Counted from the stretch's first letter, positions 30,681 to 41,714 are shown. The stretch is DNA of 64,000 bases from an uncultured Gemmatimonadaceae bacterium (GCA_963817955.1 CAWFQK010000004.1:1632001-1696000), one strand, 5' to 3'. Translations and numbers: made by a program. The notes: generated by a model from the sequence alone, not told the origin.

Positions 30681-31817
30681 ATGACCGCGTCGCCGATCGT
30701 CGTTCCCTTCACGCTCCGGTTCGACCACATCCTTCTCGACGCACGGGTCAACGGCATTCCGGCCACGCTGGTGCTCGATACCGGTTCCGGGGCGAATGTG
30801 CTCGACGCCGAGTGGGCGACGCAGCTCAACCTCGCGGCGGGCCGTGCGGCGCAGGCGCTCGGCTCCGACCGCGTCTCGATCACCATGGCGACGATCGACG
30901 CGTTGGAGCTGGGCGACGGCAGCGTCGCGTTGCGACACGAGACGGTCGCGCTCGTGCCGCTCGGCGAGGTGAGCGCCCAACACGGGCGGCACATCCACGG
31001 CACGATCGGCTTTCCGTTCTTCATGAAGTACGTCGTCGAGATCGACTATGAGGCCCGCGTGCTTCGACTGTACGATCCGGCGGCGTTCACGTACGAAGGG
31101 GCCGGATCGCGCATGGCCGTCGACCTCTCGATGCGCCTGCCGCTGCTCGACGCGGAATTCACCGGGCGTGACGGCACGTCCATGCCGGCGCGGCTGCTGC
31201 TCGACCTCGGGACGGGCAGCTACGCCTCGGTGCTCACGCGGCCATTCGTGGCTCGCCACGAGGACACCCTCACCGCCGGCCCGACATTGAGCCGTGTGCT
31301 CGGCACCGCGGTGGGTGGCTCGATCGTTGGCCGCGTCGCCGCTCTCGATGCGTTGACGCTGGGCGGCGTCCGGATTCCGAAGCCGATCGTCGCGCTCCCG
31401 GACGAGGGACGCGGGTTCTTCGCGGTGACGTGGGCCGACGGGACGCTCGGCGCACCGGTCCTTCGCCGCACGCGGCTCATCCTCGACTATTTTCGTAAGG
31501 AAATCATCATAGAGCCTGGGCCGGGGATGAACGCGCCATTCGCGTATGACGAAAGCGGAGTGACCTTTCGGATGACAGGCTCCGAGTTTGAGAACGTCGT
31601 GATCGACGCCGTCGCTGATGGGTCGGCAGCGGCGCGCGCCGGGATTGCCGTTGGCGATACGCTGCGCACGCTCGATGGCGAGGCGGTGTCGGGGTCGTCG
31701 CTCGAGCGAGTCAGCACGTTGTTCTCGAGTCCACCGGCGAGGTACGTTTTGGGGCTCGAGAAGGAAGGACAGGCTCGCGACGTTCTGCTTGATCTCGAGG
31801 CGAGCGCTCTCGGTTAG
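30681..31817 (+). CDS. Aspartyl protease with two retropepsin-like domains and a PDZ domain
   Basis: 'LVLDTGSG' and 'LLLDLGTG', 'GTIG'/'GTLG', PDZ 'GSAAARAGIAVGDTL'. Confidence 0.88.
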   Translation: MTASPIVVPFTLRFDHILLDARVNGIPATLVLDTGSGANVLDAEWATQLNLAAGRAAQALGSDRVSITMATIDALELGDGSVALRHETVALVPLGEVSAQHGRHIHGTIGFPFFMKYVVEIDYEARVLRLYDPAAFTYEGAGSRMAVDLSMRLPLLDAEFTGRDGTSMPARLLLDLGTGSYASVLTRPFVARHEDTLTAGPTLSRVLGTAVGGSIVGRVAALDALTLGGVRIPKPIVALPDEGRGFFAVTWADGTLGAPVLRRTRLILDYFRKEIIIEPGPGMNAPFAYDESGVTFRMTGSEFENVVIDAVADGSAAARAGIAVGDTLRTLDGEAVSGSSLERVSTLFSSPPARYVLGLEKEGQARDVLLDLEASALG

Positions 31818-31908
31818 CGGACTGTTGAACTACGCGTGCATCGCCAGCGCGGTGGCAAGAGAACTCGACGCGGGTCGCCATAGAGTCGCCGAAGAGGTGC
31901 ATCTTCAC

Positions 31909-32413
31909 GCCGCAATGAAGTGTTCAATTCTCGGAATGAGGTGGATGAACGCCGAAGGCAGCTGAACGTCTAGCGCAGCCAACTGGACGGTTGCCGAGGT
32001 CGCCTGATCGAATCCCGCAATCGGCTGATCGAACCCCAAAGTCGAATGACCGTTTGCCGAGGTCGAGTGAACGATCGCCGAGGTCGAGTGACCGTTTGCC
32101 GAGGTCGAGTGAACGTTTGCCGAGGTCGAGTGAACGATCGGCGAGATGGTGTGGTCGATCGGCGAAATGAAGTGACCGATCGCCGAAATGGAGTGGTCGG
32201 TCGCCCAAATGGAGTGGTCGGTTCGCCCAAATGGAGTGGTCGATCGCCCAAAGGGAGTGGTCGATCGGCGAAATGACGTGACCGATCGGCAAAATGAAGT
32301 GGACGATCTCCGAAATGGAGTGGTCGATCGCCGAAATGGGGTGACCGATCGCCGAAATGAGCTGACCGAGCGCCGAAATGACGTGGACGGTCGTCGAAAT
32401 GACGTGGGCGGCC
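31909..32413. repeat. Degenerate 21-bp tandem array, about 24 units
   Basis: Units such as GCCGAAATGGAGTGGTCGATC and GCCGAGGTCGAGTGAACGATC; one 22-bp unit at 32203. Confidence 0.92.
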
Positions 32414-32457
32414 TCCCAATCCAAGTGGCCAGGTTTCCAAGCCGCCGGGCGCGGTTC

Positions 32458-33651
32458 TCAGTGAGGAGCCAGCGCTCGTACCAGCTCGTGGAAGTTCTCG
32501 AAACCATCGCCGGGCAAATCGATGCGGTTCGTGACCGCCATCATTCTCACCGCGACGAGACGCTGGTCGGGATAGATGTCGATGTATTGCCCGAACGAGC
32601 CACTGGCCTCGTACCCGATCATGCGGCCGAACTCTTGACGCTCCAGATTCATTCGGGTATGCGTACTGGCTTCGCCGTACGGCTCCCAGTACTTCTCGCC
32701 GAACGCGGCGCGGAGACCCGCACCGAACGCTTCGGCCGATTCGTAACGCCCTCGCGCTGTCGTTGCTTTGCGGATGAAGGCCGAATCGGCTCCCGCCGCG
32801 GCGAGCGCACGAATGCGTTCGTCGTCGATGACGAACGTGGTGTGCTCTGGGATGAGCCACCACAGGAGCCCGATGCGCGGCTCGAGGGGCGAGCCACGCA
32901 TGATCGCGTCGAACCACTCGGGCGCGATTAGCTGTGTTCCGTTCCAACGTCCACGGTCCAGCACCAGCTGGCCCAGCTTCGCCATGTCCTCCGGAAGAAT
33001 CTGCAGGCGCGCGTACGAGTATGGGTTCCCGGCACTGTCTCGCACCCAGACGAAGTCGGTGATCCCCAGCGGGCCGAACACGTCGCTCCGGAGGAGCTCA
33101 TCCATCTTCTTGCCGGATGCTTTCTGCACGATGCCGGCGAGGAGGTTCACCGCCTTGTTGTTGTAATAGGAGCGTGTTCCCGGTGCGTCTGTCAGTTCGG
33201 CCGCGAGCGCGAGCTGCACGACGTCAGGGCTCGACTCGACCTCCTGGCTTCCCTCGACCTGCATTCCAGAAGTATGGTCGAGCAACTGCCTGATCGTGAT
33301 CGCCTGCTTCTTTCCCTGCTTCCATTCGGGATAGTACTTCGACACCGGGTCGTCGATCGACCGGATGGCACCCGTCGTCACGAGCCGGCCAATCGCGAGA
33401 TTGACCACGGACTTCGTCGCGGACATCGCCTCGATGCGCTTTGGCGCCTTACCGAAGTACCAAGCGCCCACCTTCCGACCATCCTTCCAGACGACGACGG
33501 CGTCGGAGTGCGCGGCCTCAGCGGCACGCAGGAGCTGTTGTAGCGCCGGCGCGTCGATGCTTCCGGACGAGGCCTGGCAGGATCCGCGAGACGCCGTGGA
33601 GGCGATGAGGAGTGCCAGCGCGAATAGGGATCGCTTGATCATGCCGGACAT
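32458..33651 (-). CDS. Serine hydrolase, class C beta-lactamase fold
   Basis: Signal peptide, SxxK (SATK), 'TIRQLLDHTSG', YxN (YNN), 'ASGSFGQ'. Confidence 0.9.
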   Translation of the reverse strand: MSGMIKRSLFALALLIASTASRGSCQASSGSIDAPALQQLLRAAEAAHSDAVVVWKDGRKVGAWYFGKAPKRIEAMSATKSVVNLAIGRLVTTGAIRSIDDPVSKYYPEWKQGKKQAITIRQLLDHTSGMQVEGSQEVESSPDVVQLALAAELTDAPGTRSYYNNKAVNLLAGIVQKASGKKMDELLRSDVFGPLGITDFVWVRDSAGNPYSYARLQILPEDMAKLGQLVLDRGRWNGTQLIAPEWFDAIMRGSPLEPRIGLLWWLIPEHTTFVIDDERIRALAAAGADSAFIRKATTARGRYESAEAFGAGLRAAFGEKYWEPYGEASTHTRMNLERQEFGRMIGYEASGSFGQYIDIYPDQRLVAVRMMAVTNRIDLPGDGFENFHELVRALAPH

Positions 33652-33885
33652 ACTCGCCCGTTACGAGCGCCGCAGCAATGGCGGGATAAGACCCACGCGG
33701 GATCGTCCGCGTCCAAACCAAGAAGCTCGAGTGGCGCCGCCGCCGGCAATTTGCCTCCTAGGGATATTGCATTTTGACTACTGGCACTATTGCAAAGTGT
33801 CGATTGGCGGCGCTGCATTATGACTATTCGTGCCGTTGCACAATAGCGACCGCCCCTGCCCTCGTGCTGGCCCGGCCGGTGCCGG

Positions 33886-34188
33886 GTCCGCGACCTCCGG
33901 GTCTACGCCCAGGCGGCCGACGCGACGGTACTGCACTGCCGCGATAACACCGGCCTGGAGGTAGACGCGATCGTCGAAATGGCGGATGGACGCTGGGGCG
34001 CCTTTGAGGTCAAGCTCGGCCAAAGCCGACTCGACGAGGCGGCGGCATCGTTGCTGACCTTCGCTGCGCGTGTGGATACCGCCAAGTGCGGGAAACCGGC
34101 GGCCCTCGTGGTGATTGTCGGCACGGGTTACGGGTACGTGCGGCCGGACGGAGTGGCAGTCGTGCCGATCGGATCCCTCGGCCCGTAG
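33886..34188 (+). pseudogene. 3' fragment of an AAA+ ATPase / DUF4143 protein
   Basis: 'VRDLRVYAQ..HCRDNTGLEVDAIVE..WGAFEVKLG..RPDGVAVVPIGSLGP'; the ATPase part is absent. Confidence 0.8.
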
Positions 34189-34583
34189 CGTCGCATGTCG
34201 GTCGTGTGAAGAGCCACCGGTCTGTTCCCTCACTCGGTATTGCAGTCGGAGCCTCAACGCTTAGCTCTTGGCCTTCCTTGCGCGTTGATGGCCATTCGTT
34301 TTGCTCAACGTCTCGTGACAGCCGCGCCGAACCCGATACAAGACTCCCTCAGGCGCGTGACGTTCGTGATTCTCGCGGTTGTCGCCACTGCGATACTCCC
34401 CACGTTGGCGCGGCTCCGTTTCCTCGAGCCACTCGAGTTTCTGCAGTATGAGTAGCAATCGTCGTCAGCAGCCGAACAACTACATTGTCGACGGATCCGG
34501 CGTCATCATCTAACGTTCGAGTGGATTCAACGGCCCCGAGCTGCTGTTGAAACTGGCGACGCTTTTCCCGTGACCATGGATAC

Positions 34584-35507
34584 GTGACCATATCTGCCAA
34601 GAGCCGAGCTGCCACAGTCTCGGTAGTATCGAACAGCACTCTCGTGCTGCTGAAGTTCGCCGTCGGATTCCTGTCTGGTTCGGTGAGCATCATCTCTGAG
34701 GCGATCCACTCGGCGATCGACCTGTTGGCTTCCCTCATTGCATGGGTGTCGGTCAGCAAGTCCGACAAGGCCGCCGATGCGGAGCACCCATACGGGCATG
34801 GAAAGGTCGAGGCGATATCGGGGGCCGTCGAAGCGGCGCTGATCATCGTGGCCGCGATCTGGATCGTGGTCGAGGCGGTGAGGAAGATCGCGCACGGCGG
34901 CGAGGTGGAGCACCTCGGCATCGGGACGGCAGTCATGGTCGTCTCCGTCATCGTCAACATCCTCGTGTCGCGGCATCTCTTCAGGGCCGCCAAGCGAGAG
35001 GACTCCCTGGCGCTCGAGGCAGACGCGCATCACCTGTCCACCGACGTCTATACGTCGCTTGGCGTCGCCGTGGGACTGGCCATCGTGTGGAGCGCGCGGA
35101 CGTTTGCCGGCACCAATGCCCTCGACATCGTCGATCCACTCGTCGCCATGGCCGTCGCCCTGTTCATCCTGAAGATCGGCATTCAGTTGACATTGAGTGC
35201 AGTCGGCCACCTGCTCGACCAGAGCCTGCCCGCGGACGAACTGCAGAAGATCGAAGCCATCTTCAGGAGTCATCAGGAGGTACTGGAGTGGCACAACTTG
35301 CGAACACGCAAGTCGGGCAGCCAGCGCTATGTGGACGCGCACGTTACGCTGCGCGCGGACCTGACCCTGAGCATGGCACACGCTGCGGCACACCAGATGG
35401 AGCAGGCGATCAACACAGCCCTGCCATCGGCACAAGCCACACTTCACGTGGATCCGCCTGAGGTTCTGCCGCTGCATCGTCGGCCCAACGGCGTGATACC
35501 GGCATAG
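34584..35507 (+). CDS. Cation diffusion facilitator (FieF-like)
   Basis: 'SEAIHSAID', 'HPYGHGKVE', 'ADAHHLSTD', 'LRTRKSG..YVDAH'. Confidence 0.93.
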   Translation: MTISAKSRAATVSVVSNSTLVLLKFAVGFLSGSVSIISEAIHSAIDLLASLIAWVSVSKSDKAADAEHPYGHGKVEAISGAVEAALIIVAAIWIVVEAVRKIAHGGEVEHLGIGTAVMVVSVIVNILVSRHLFRAAKREDSLALEADAHHLSTDVYTSLGVAVGLAIVWSARTFAGTNALDIVDPLVAMAVALFILKIGIQLTLSAVGHLLDQSLPADELQKIEAIFRSHQEVLEWHNLRTRKSGSQRYVDAHVTLRADLTLSMAHAAAHQMEQAINTALPSAQATLHVDPPEVLPLHRRPNGVIPA

Positions 35508-35560
35508 AGATCATCGGCCGGCATTATCTCCAGCTTCTCGACACCGACACCACAGACAGC

Positions 35561-38077
35561 TCAATCGGCGCGCAGCGCCACGACTGGGTCGACGCTCGAC
35601 GCCCGCCGCGCGGGAACCCAGCTCGCGGCAAGGGTGGCGAGACCAAGCAGCCCGACAATCGCGCAGTACGTGACCGGGTCCGTTGGAGAGAGATCGAAGA
35701 GCAAACCCTGCAAGACACGCGTGCACGCGAGGGCGCCGGCGAGTCCGAGTATCACACCGACCGATACCAGCGTGACTCCCTCGCTCACGACGAGACGCCG
35801 CACGCTGTGCTGGTCGGCGCCAAGCGCCATGCGAATCCCTATCTCGCGGGTCCGCGCCGTGACGACGAGGGCCATCACGCCATAGATCCCGACGACGGCG
35901 AGCGAGAGCGCTGTCGCGGCGAAGAGACCGAGCAGCACAGCGCTGAACCGCGCTTGGGCCGTGGCGCCCGCAACCAGCGCCGTCATTGGTTGGATGTCGT
36001 AGACGGGATACTGTGGCGCCAACTCGGCGATCGCGCGCCGAGCACTCGCGGCCAGGGCGACCGGGTCACCGCCGACGCGGACGAAGATCATCATTTGCGA
36101 GGCTGGGGACTGTGCATACGGGAGGTAGACTTCAGGCTTCGCCAGCGAATCGATGAACTGTCGTACATCGCCTACGATGCCGATCACTTGCGCCTGCGCG
36201 CCGTTGATGCCGACGCGCTTCCCGAGTGGATTCTCGCTCGGCCAGAAGGCGCGCGCCGCGGCTTCGTTGATCAGCGCGACGTTCGGGGCGCCGGCTCGGT
36301 CCGTACTCGCAAAAAACCGTCCGCGCTCGAGCGGAGTTAGTACGGTCGCAAACCACGTTGGCGTGGCCCAACTCACACGAACGCCCTGCCTGGGCGCACC
36401 GTCGACTCTGGCTCGGTCGGGGAATTCGATAGGCGTACGGAAGCACCCGCCCCCGAGCGGCGGACAACTGTTGAGAGATGCGTCAACAACCCCGGGGAGC
36501 GCACGCAGTCGATCGAGCAACTCAGTATAGAACGCGGGCATCGATTGCTGTTCGCCACCGGAAGGAATCGTCAGGCGCAACGTGAGCACGTGCTCGGCGC
36601 GGAAGCCGCGGTCGACCGTCATCAGCTTGCCAAAGCTACGGATCAGGAGGCCCGATCCGGCCAGCAGAATCATTGCCAGCGCAACCTCGACGACGACGAG
36701 CATGCGTCGGCCGCGGGCGCCGCGTTGCCGTACGTCGCTGTCGCCGGACATGGCTTTCATGTTCTCTGATACCGACGCTCCCGTCGCCTGCATCGCGGGA
36801 ACGAGTCCGAATACAATGCCCACGACCAATGTGATCGCCAGGCTGAAGGTCAACGCGGTCCAGTCGACGTGAACTCCCGAAAACGTTACGGCGCCAAGCC
36901 CGTTCAACGTGTCGTTGCCCCTCGAAGCCATCACGTCCGGATCGACAGTGCTGAGAGCACGCGCGCCGATCCAGGCAACGGCGATTCCCGCGACGCCCCC
37001 GAGTACGGCCAGCAGGATGCTCTCCGTGAGCAATAGACGGACGATGCGCCGCCGCGTGCCGCCGAGCGCGAGACGGACGGCAATTTCGCGACGGCGCAGG
37101 CTCGACCGCCCCAGCAAGAGATTGGCAACGTTGACGCAGGCGATGAGCAGCACACACGCGACGGCACCAAACACAACGAGGAGCGCTCGGCGAATGATCG
37201 GGGACACGCGAATGTCATCCAGCGGTCGTGCGGTGGCGCCCCAGTGGCTACCGTCCGAGTCCTGTTCGTTGAACGCATCGCGCACACGCACGCCGAGCAG
37301 CTTGACCGCGGTAACCGCCGCGGCGACGCCGATGCCGGGCTTCCGCCGCGCCACCATGAAGAACTCGTGCGATTGCGACTCGCCCAGCTCGTCCGCGGTA
37401 CGGGTGGTGATCGGAATGAACACATCGGCTTGTCCACTCAGCCCGCGAAAGTCGCGGGGCGCGACGCCCACAACCGCATACTGCTTGCGATCGCCGGCGC
37501 CGTTCCTCCACGAGGCGCCAAGGTCCGAGACGTCGACCGTGTTGCCAACGATGCTCGGATCGCCGCCGTACCGCCGCTGCCACAATGAGTACGAGATGAT
37601 GACCTGACGCTCGGCATCGGCATGCGCATCGACGCTGGGATCGAAGTCATGGCCCCAGCTTGGCGCGAGACCGAGCGTGCGAAGGTAGCGACCGCCGACG
37701 AACTCACCTTGGATCAGCTCGACCTAGCCGCTCGTGATGGTGAATTGTTGAGGCGTGTACAGCGAGATGTTGGAGAATACCGATTGCGCGTCTCGAAACA
37801 CCGCGTACTTGGGATAGGACCACACCATGTCATCACGGGCCCTGATACCGCCCTGCGCCGGCGATGTGAGGGACACCGTCATGAGCTGCTCGGGTGTGGC
37901 ATACGGCAAGCGCCGCAGCAAGAGTGCATTCACAGCGCTGAAGATCGCCGTGGTCCCGCCGATGCCGATGGCGAGCGTGAGCACGGCGACCGCTGTGAAT
38001 CCGGGCCGGCGCGCGAAGCCGCGCGCGGCGTAGCGGAGGTCCTGTATCAGAGTATCGAAATACTCGGTGACACGCAT
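35561..38077 (-). pseudogene. ADOP-like duplicated ABC permease with an in-frame amber stop
   Basis: ORFs 37724-38077 and 35561-37585 share a frame; a single TAG at 37724-37726 interrupts 'FTITSG*VELIQGEFVGG'. Confidence 0.85.
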
Positions 38078-38223
38078 CGGTCTCTCCCGGTCTCATGCGA
38101 GGAAGTCGTTCCGCATCAAAATGGGTCCCGCGTCACGATCATGCCAAGAGTACGACACAAAGAGACCACGAACCAGGATTTTAGGGCGCCGCGCGGGGTC
38201 GAGCGTTCAACCAGGCGCAGCAT

Positions 38224-38283
38224 CTACGGAAACTACCGTTGACAGACGCCTTCGCGCTCCGTAGTCTACTGGAAAGGCCGTAG
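38224..38283 (+). promoter_or_regulatory. Sigma70 promoter with two BlaI-type operators
   Basis: TTGACA(38239)-N17-TAGTCT(38262); CTACGG-N6-CCGTTG (38224) and CTACTG-N6-CCGTAG (38266) overlap the -35 and -10 boxes. Confidence 0.75.
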
Positions 38284-38312
38284 CCCAATCACCAGAATCC
38301 GACTACTACCAG

Positions 38313-38687
38313 ATGAGCGACATCTACTTCCCGCCGCGCGAGCTCGCCGTGATGAGCGTTCTCTGGCGACTCGGCTCCGCCACCGTTGCGGACGTGCGCG
38401 ACGCACTCGAGGAAGACCTCGCGTATACCTCCGTTCTCTCGGCATTGCAGACGCTCGAAGAGAAGGATTATGTGCGCCACGAGGCCGAAGGCCGCGCGTA
38501 TCGCTACTTCCCCACCGTGGAAGCCGAGCGTGCAGGCGGCAGCGCGCTCGCGAGGATCCGCGACGCCATCTTCCACGGCTCGGCGGAGCGCATGTTCGCG
38601 CAGATGGTCTCGGACAAGAAGCTCGGCCGCAAGGAGCTGGAGCAGATGCGCCGGCTGCTCGCCGAACGCCTCGGAGAGAGAAAGTGA
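38313..38687 (+). CDS. BlaI/MecI/CopY-family repressor
   Basis: 'RELAVMSVLW..ATVADV..LAYTSVLSALQTLEEKDYVRH..GRAYRY..FHGS'. Confidence 0.93.
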   Translation: MSDIYFPPRELAVMSVLWRLGSATVADVRDALEEDLAYTSVLSALQTLEEKDYVRHEAEGRAYRYFPTVEAERAGGSALARIRDAIFHGSAERMFAQMVSDKKLGRKELEQMRRLLAERLGERK

Positions 38688-39708
38688 TCGGGCTCGTGGT
38701 GTACGGTTTGGCCGTCGCGCTGTTGATGATTGCCGGCGCGCGCGCCGCCGAGTGGCTCGTGCGCGGCGCGGGCCTGCCGGTTCGATGGGTGTGGGTCGGC
38801 GCGATGGTCGCCACACTCGCGTTGTCGTTCGCGGCCGTGAGCCGCGCCGTCCGCTCGACTGCCGCTCTGCCAACGTATGTCGTTGCCGATGCTTCCGCAC
38901 GGCAGGTGACCGAGAGTCTGACGCAGCCGACGCTGGGAAGCCGCCTCGCGGCGACCGTTCTCGCGGCGCAGCACTCGTTGAATGATGCACTGGCGCGCGC
39001 GACGGCCATCGCACGGCGCGACCTGTCGCCGACAATCGTCAGCGCAGCGATCGCACTCTGGGTGCTCTCCGGCGTCATCCTGCTGATGACCTTCGCCATG
39101 GTACAGCGCCGCATGCGCCGCGTGCGGGGCGCATGGCCGGTCGCCGATATCGCCGGTGCGCGGGTGCGTATCTCGCCGACGATCGGACCGCTGGTCGCCG
39201 GCGTGGTTCGTCCGGAGATTGTGGTCCCCCGTTGGCTGCTCGGCCGTGCAGCGAACGAGCAGCGGATGGCCATCACGCACGAGGCTGAGCATGTGCGCGC
39301 GCAATCGCCCCGGCAGACATCGGCCGCCTCGAGGTCAACAAGAGCGCGGCGTCTGGTCACGACACGATTCGGATGTGGACGAAACGCGCTGCTGCGGCCG
39401 CTCAGATCGTCCCCGAGGGCGAGCGGCGCGTCGCTTACACCATCGACGGCAAGGCAGGCAGCGACACCGTGTGGCTGAACACGCCACGAATGCCCTATCT
39501 CATAAAGGGGATACCGGCGATCGAGAACGCGCCCGTGATGTTCCTCGATGGCGTGCGCGTCAAGCCGACGGTCCTCCAATCGATCGATCGCACCCAGATC
39601 GAGAGCATCGACGTCGTCAAAGGCCCGTCCGCCGTGGAGCTCTATGGTCCGGATGCAGCGGCAGGCGCGATCGTCATTCGTACGAAGAAGGGCGCGAACA
39701 GGGATTGA
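38684..39708 (+). pseudogene. BlaR1-like M56 peptidase fused to TonB-plug-like domains, with internal deletion and frameshift
   Basis: 'GPLVAGVVRPEIVVP..HEAEHVRA' breaks at about 39300. Another frame resumes with 'IAPADIGRLEVNK' and 'IESIDVVKGPSAVELYG..GAIVIRTKKG'. Confidence 0.8.
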
Positions 39709-39740
39709 CGGCGCAGGCTCACAACGTCCACTTCGCCGGC

Positions 39741-40050
39741 ATGCGCCAGTTCATTATCGTCTTTCATCGCTGGGCCGGCCTCGTGGCGCTGGCGTTCATT
39801 GCGGTCGCCCGCTCCCGCTCGACACACTGATCGCCCACGCGCGCGCGGCAGTTCCCGGTCCGCCACCGATCAGCGTGTCACTCTCGCCCGCCGACGGCCG
39901 CGCGGACGTCGTACAAGCTGGGATCCATCAGATCTTGGTCGACCCGTAAACGGGACGTGTCTTCGGCCACCGTACGATGGCCGAGTGGAACAACACGCTT
40001 CCGCGGCGCCTGCACGTGCCACCGGTCTGTTGATGTGGTGGAACGGGCGA
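39741..40050 (+). pseudogene. Collapsed PepSY-associated TM-helix gene
   Basis: Pieces in different frames: 'MRQFIIVFHRWAGL', 'PLPLDTLIAHARAA..ILVDP*TGRVFG', 'TGLLMWW'. Confidence 0.7.
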
Positions 40051-40388
40051 CGTTCGCACTCCGCGTTCAAGCGCGCCGCAGCGGGTCGCTCGGCGCAGAT
40101 TAGCAGACTGTTGAAATGGTGCTGGACAGGAGTCAGATTAGGTCGCTCAGGATGACAAGCCACGATCTTCGCAGGCGCGTTTACCGATTGCTGGCGATTC
40201 ACTCGTGGTTCTACAGTTTGTTAGGCGCGACGAGCAACCCGAGGCGGTTTCGGAACGCGCCGGATTCTCCCCAGTCATTGACATGTGCTACTTACGACAA
40301 GATCAGCAATGACTTATGATAGATCGTGCAAATGAGCCACGGAGCCGAGGGTTTGCGTGGCCCCGCGCGAGTCTATAGGGTTTTCTGC

Positions 40389-41507
40389 ATGCAGCATACG
40401 TCGATATTCGCGGTCGCTTGCCTGCTGCTCGCAGCGGCGCCGGCTCGAGCCCAACTCAACGCGACTGTGTCACGAGACTCGGCGCGACTCACCGGGACCG
40501 TGCGAGACGCGACCGGCGCGCCGCTCGCCGACGTTGAAGTGTTTATCGCCGGCGCAGCGCAGACCGTGCGCACGACGGGCACGGGAGGCTTCGCGCTCGC
40601 CGCCACCCCGGGCAATCTCGACGTGTGGTTCCGGCAAATCGGAAGCCAAACGGTTCGGTACCTGTGGGTAGCCCGGCTGGGGGAAGAAACCCACATCGTC
40701 GTGACGCTTCAGGCGCTGCCCCACACGCTCGATCCGGTTGTGGTGCGTGAGCGTGAGGACAAGCGCTTTCGAGGTACGGCGACGGTCCGAGGCGTGGTCG
40801 TAGACTCGGGCGGAGTGCCGATCGAAGATGCCGAGGTGCAGGTGATCGGCGCACACGCTGACGGCGCGACACGCGCGAACGGCGGCTTCATCTTCGACCG
40901 TCTCCCGTCGGGTTCGTTGCTGCTCCGTGTTCGGAAGTTCGGCTATGCTCCCAACGCACTCTCACTGCAGCTGGACGCCGGGGACGATCGCGAACTCGTG
41001 ATTCGACTGCGACGTTTGCCGACCACACTCGACCCGGTAGTGGTCCAGGCCCAGAGCGGCTACAGCGCCGCGGAGGCAGCGTGGGACGAGTTTGAGCGCC
41101 GCCGCCGCTGGCGCTCAGCCGGCGATATGGTGCTGGGGCCTGCCGACCTACAGCGGTACGGTTCGCTCCCCCTGGACATCGCAACGAAGTACATCTTGAA
41201 TGGGGTGGAGGAACTGCCGAAGATGCGTCAGCAAGGCCGTGTGACGAGCTTCGGCCACGTCCACTCTCGTGGCGCGCCGCCACCCGCGGCGCTCAACGAT
41301 GTGTGCATTCTCGAAAATGGCATCCACGCGCGATACCAACCGATCTCCGTGTACAGCGCGGACGACATCGAGATGCTCGAGGTGTACCCAACGAACACGG
41401 AACTGTCAGGCACCGTCGCGGCACGAATGGACATGGTCCCGCGTTGCCGCTCGGACGGGTTGGCCCACCCAACCTACTATGTCGTTTGGCTCAAGGGCGC
41501 ACGGTAA
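40389..41507 (+). CDS. Secreted protein with two carboxypeptidase-regulatory-like domains and a plug-like tail
   Basis: Signal ending ARA|Q; 'GTVRDATGAPLADVEV' and 'GVVVDSGGVPIEDAEV'; 'DIEMLEVY'. Confidence 0.8.
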   Translation: MQHTSIFAVACLLLAAAPARAQLNATVSRDSARLTGTVRDATGAPLADVEVFIAGAAQTVRTTGTGGFALAATPGNLDVWFRQIGSQTVRYLWVARLGEETHIVVTLQALPHTLDPVVVREREDKRFRGTATVRGVVVDSGGVPIEDAEVQVIGAHADGATRANGGFIFDRLPSGSLLLRVRKFGYAPNALSLQLDAGDDRELVIRLRRLPTTLDPVVVQAQSGYSAAEAAWDEFERRRRWRSAGDMVLGPADLQRYGSLPLDIATKYILNGVEELPKMRQQGRVTSFGHVHSRGAPPPAALNDVCILENGIHARYQPISVYSADDIEMLEVYPTNTELSGTVAARMDMVPRCRSDGLAHPTYYVVWLKGAR

Positions 41508-41714
41508 GAGAGGCGTGGAACGCGAATCAGCAAGGCGACCAGCCCTCACGACCCCGCCAGTTACGGGGCGCACAGTTGGCGACCGCGGGATGGGCCACCA
41601 GGCCAACAAGCAGATCCCGCAGCGACCCCACGGTCCGCGCCTTGAACGGCTGGCGCCGTGTGCTGGTGAAGCGCGTGCCGTAGAATGTGCGTAAGAATAC
41701 TGCGTACCGAACGG

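Noticed and set aside
31909..32413. CRISPR array
   Set aside because: Units are contiguous and degenerate with no unique spacers, and no cas genes are present.
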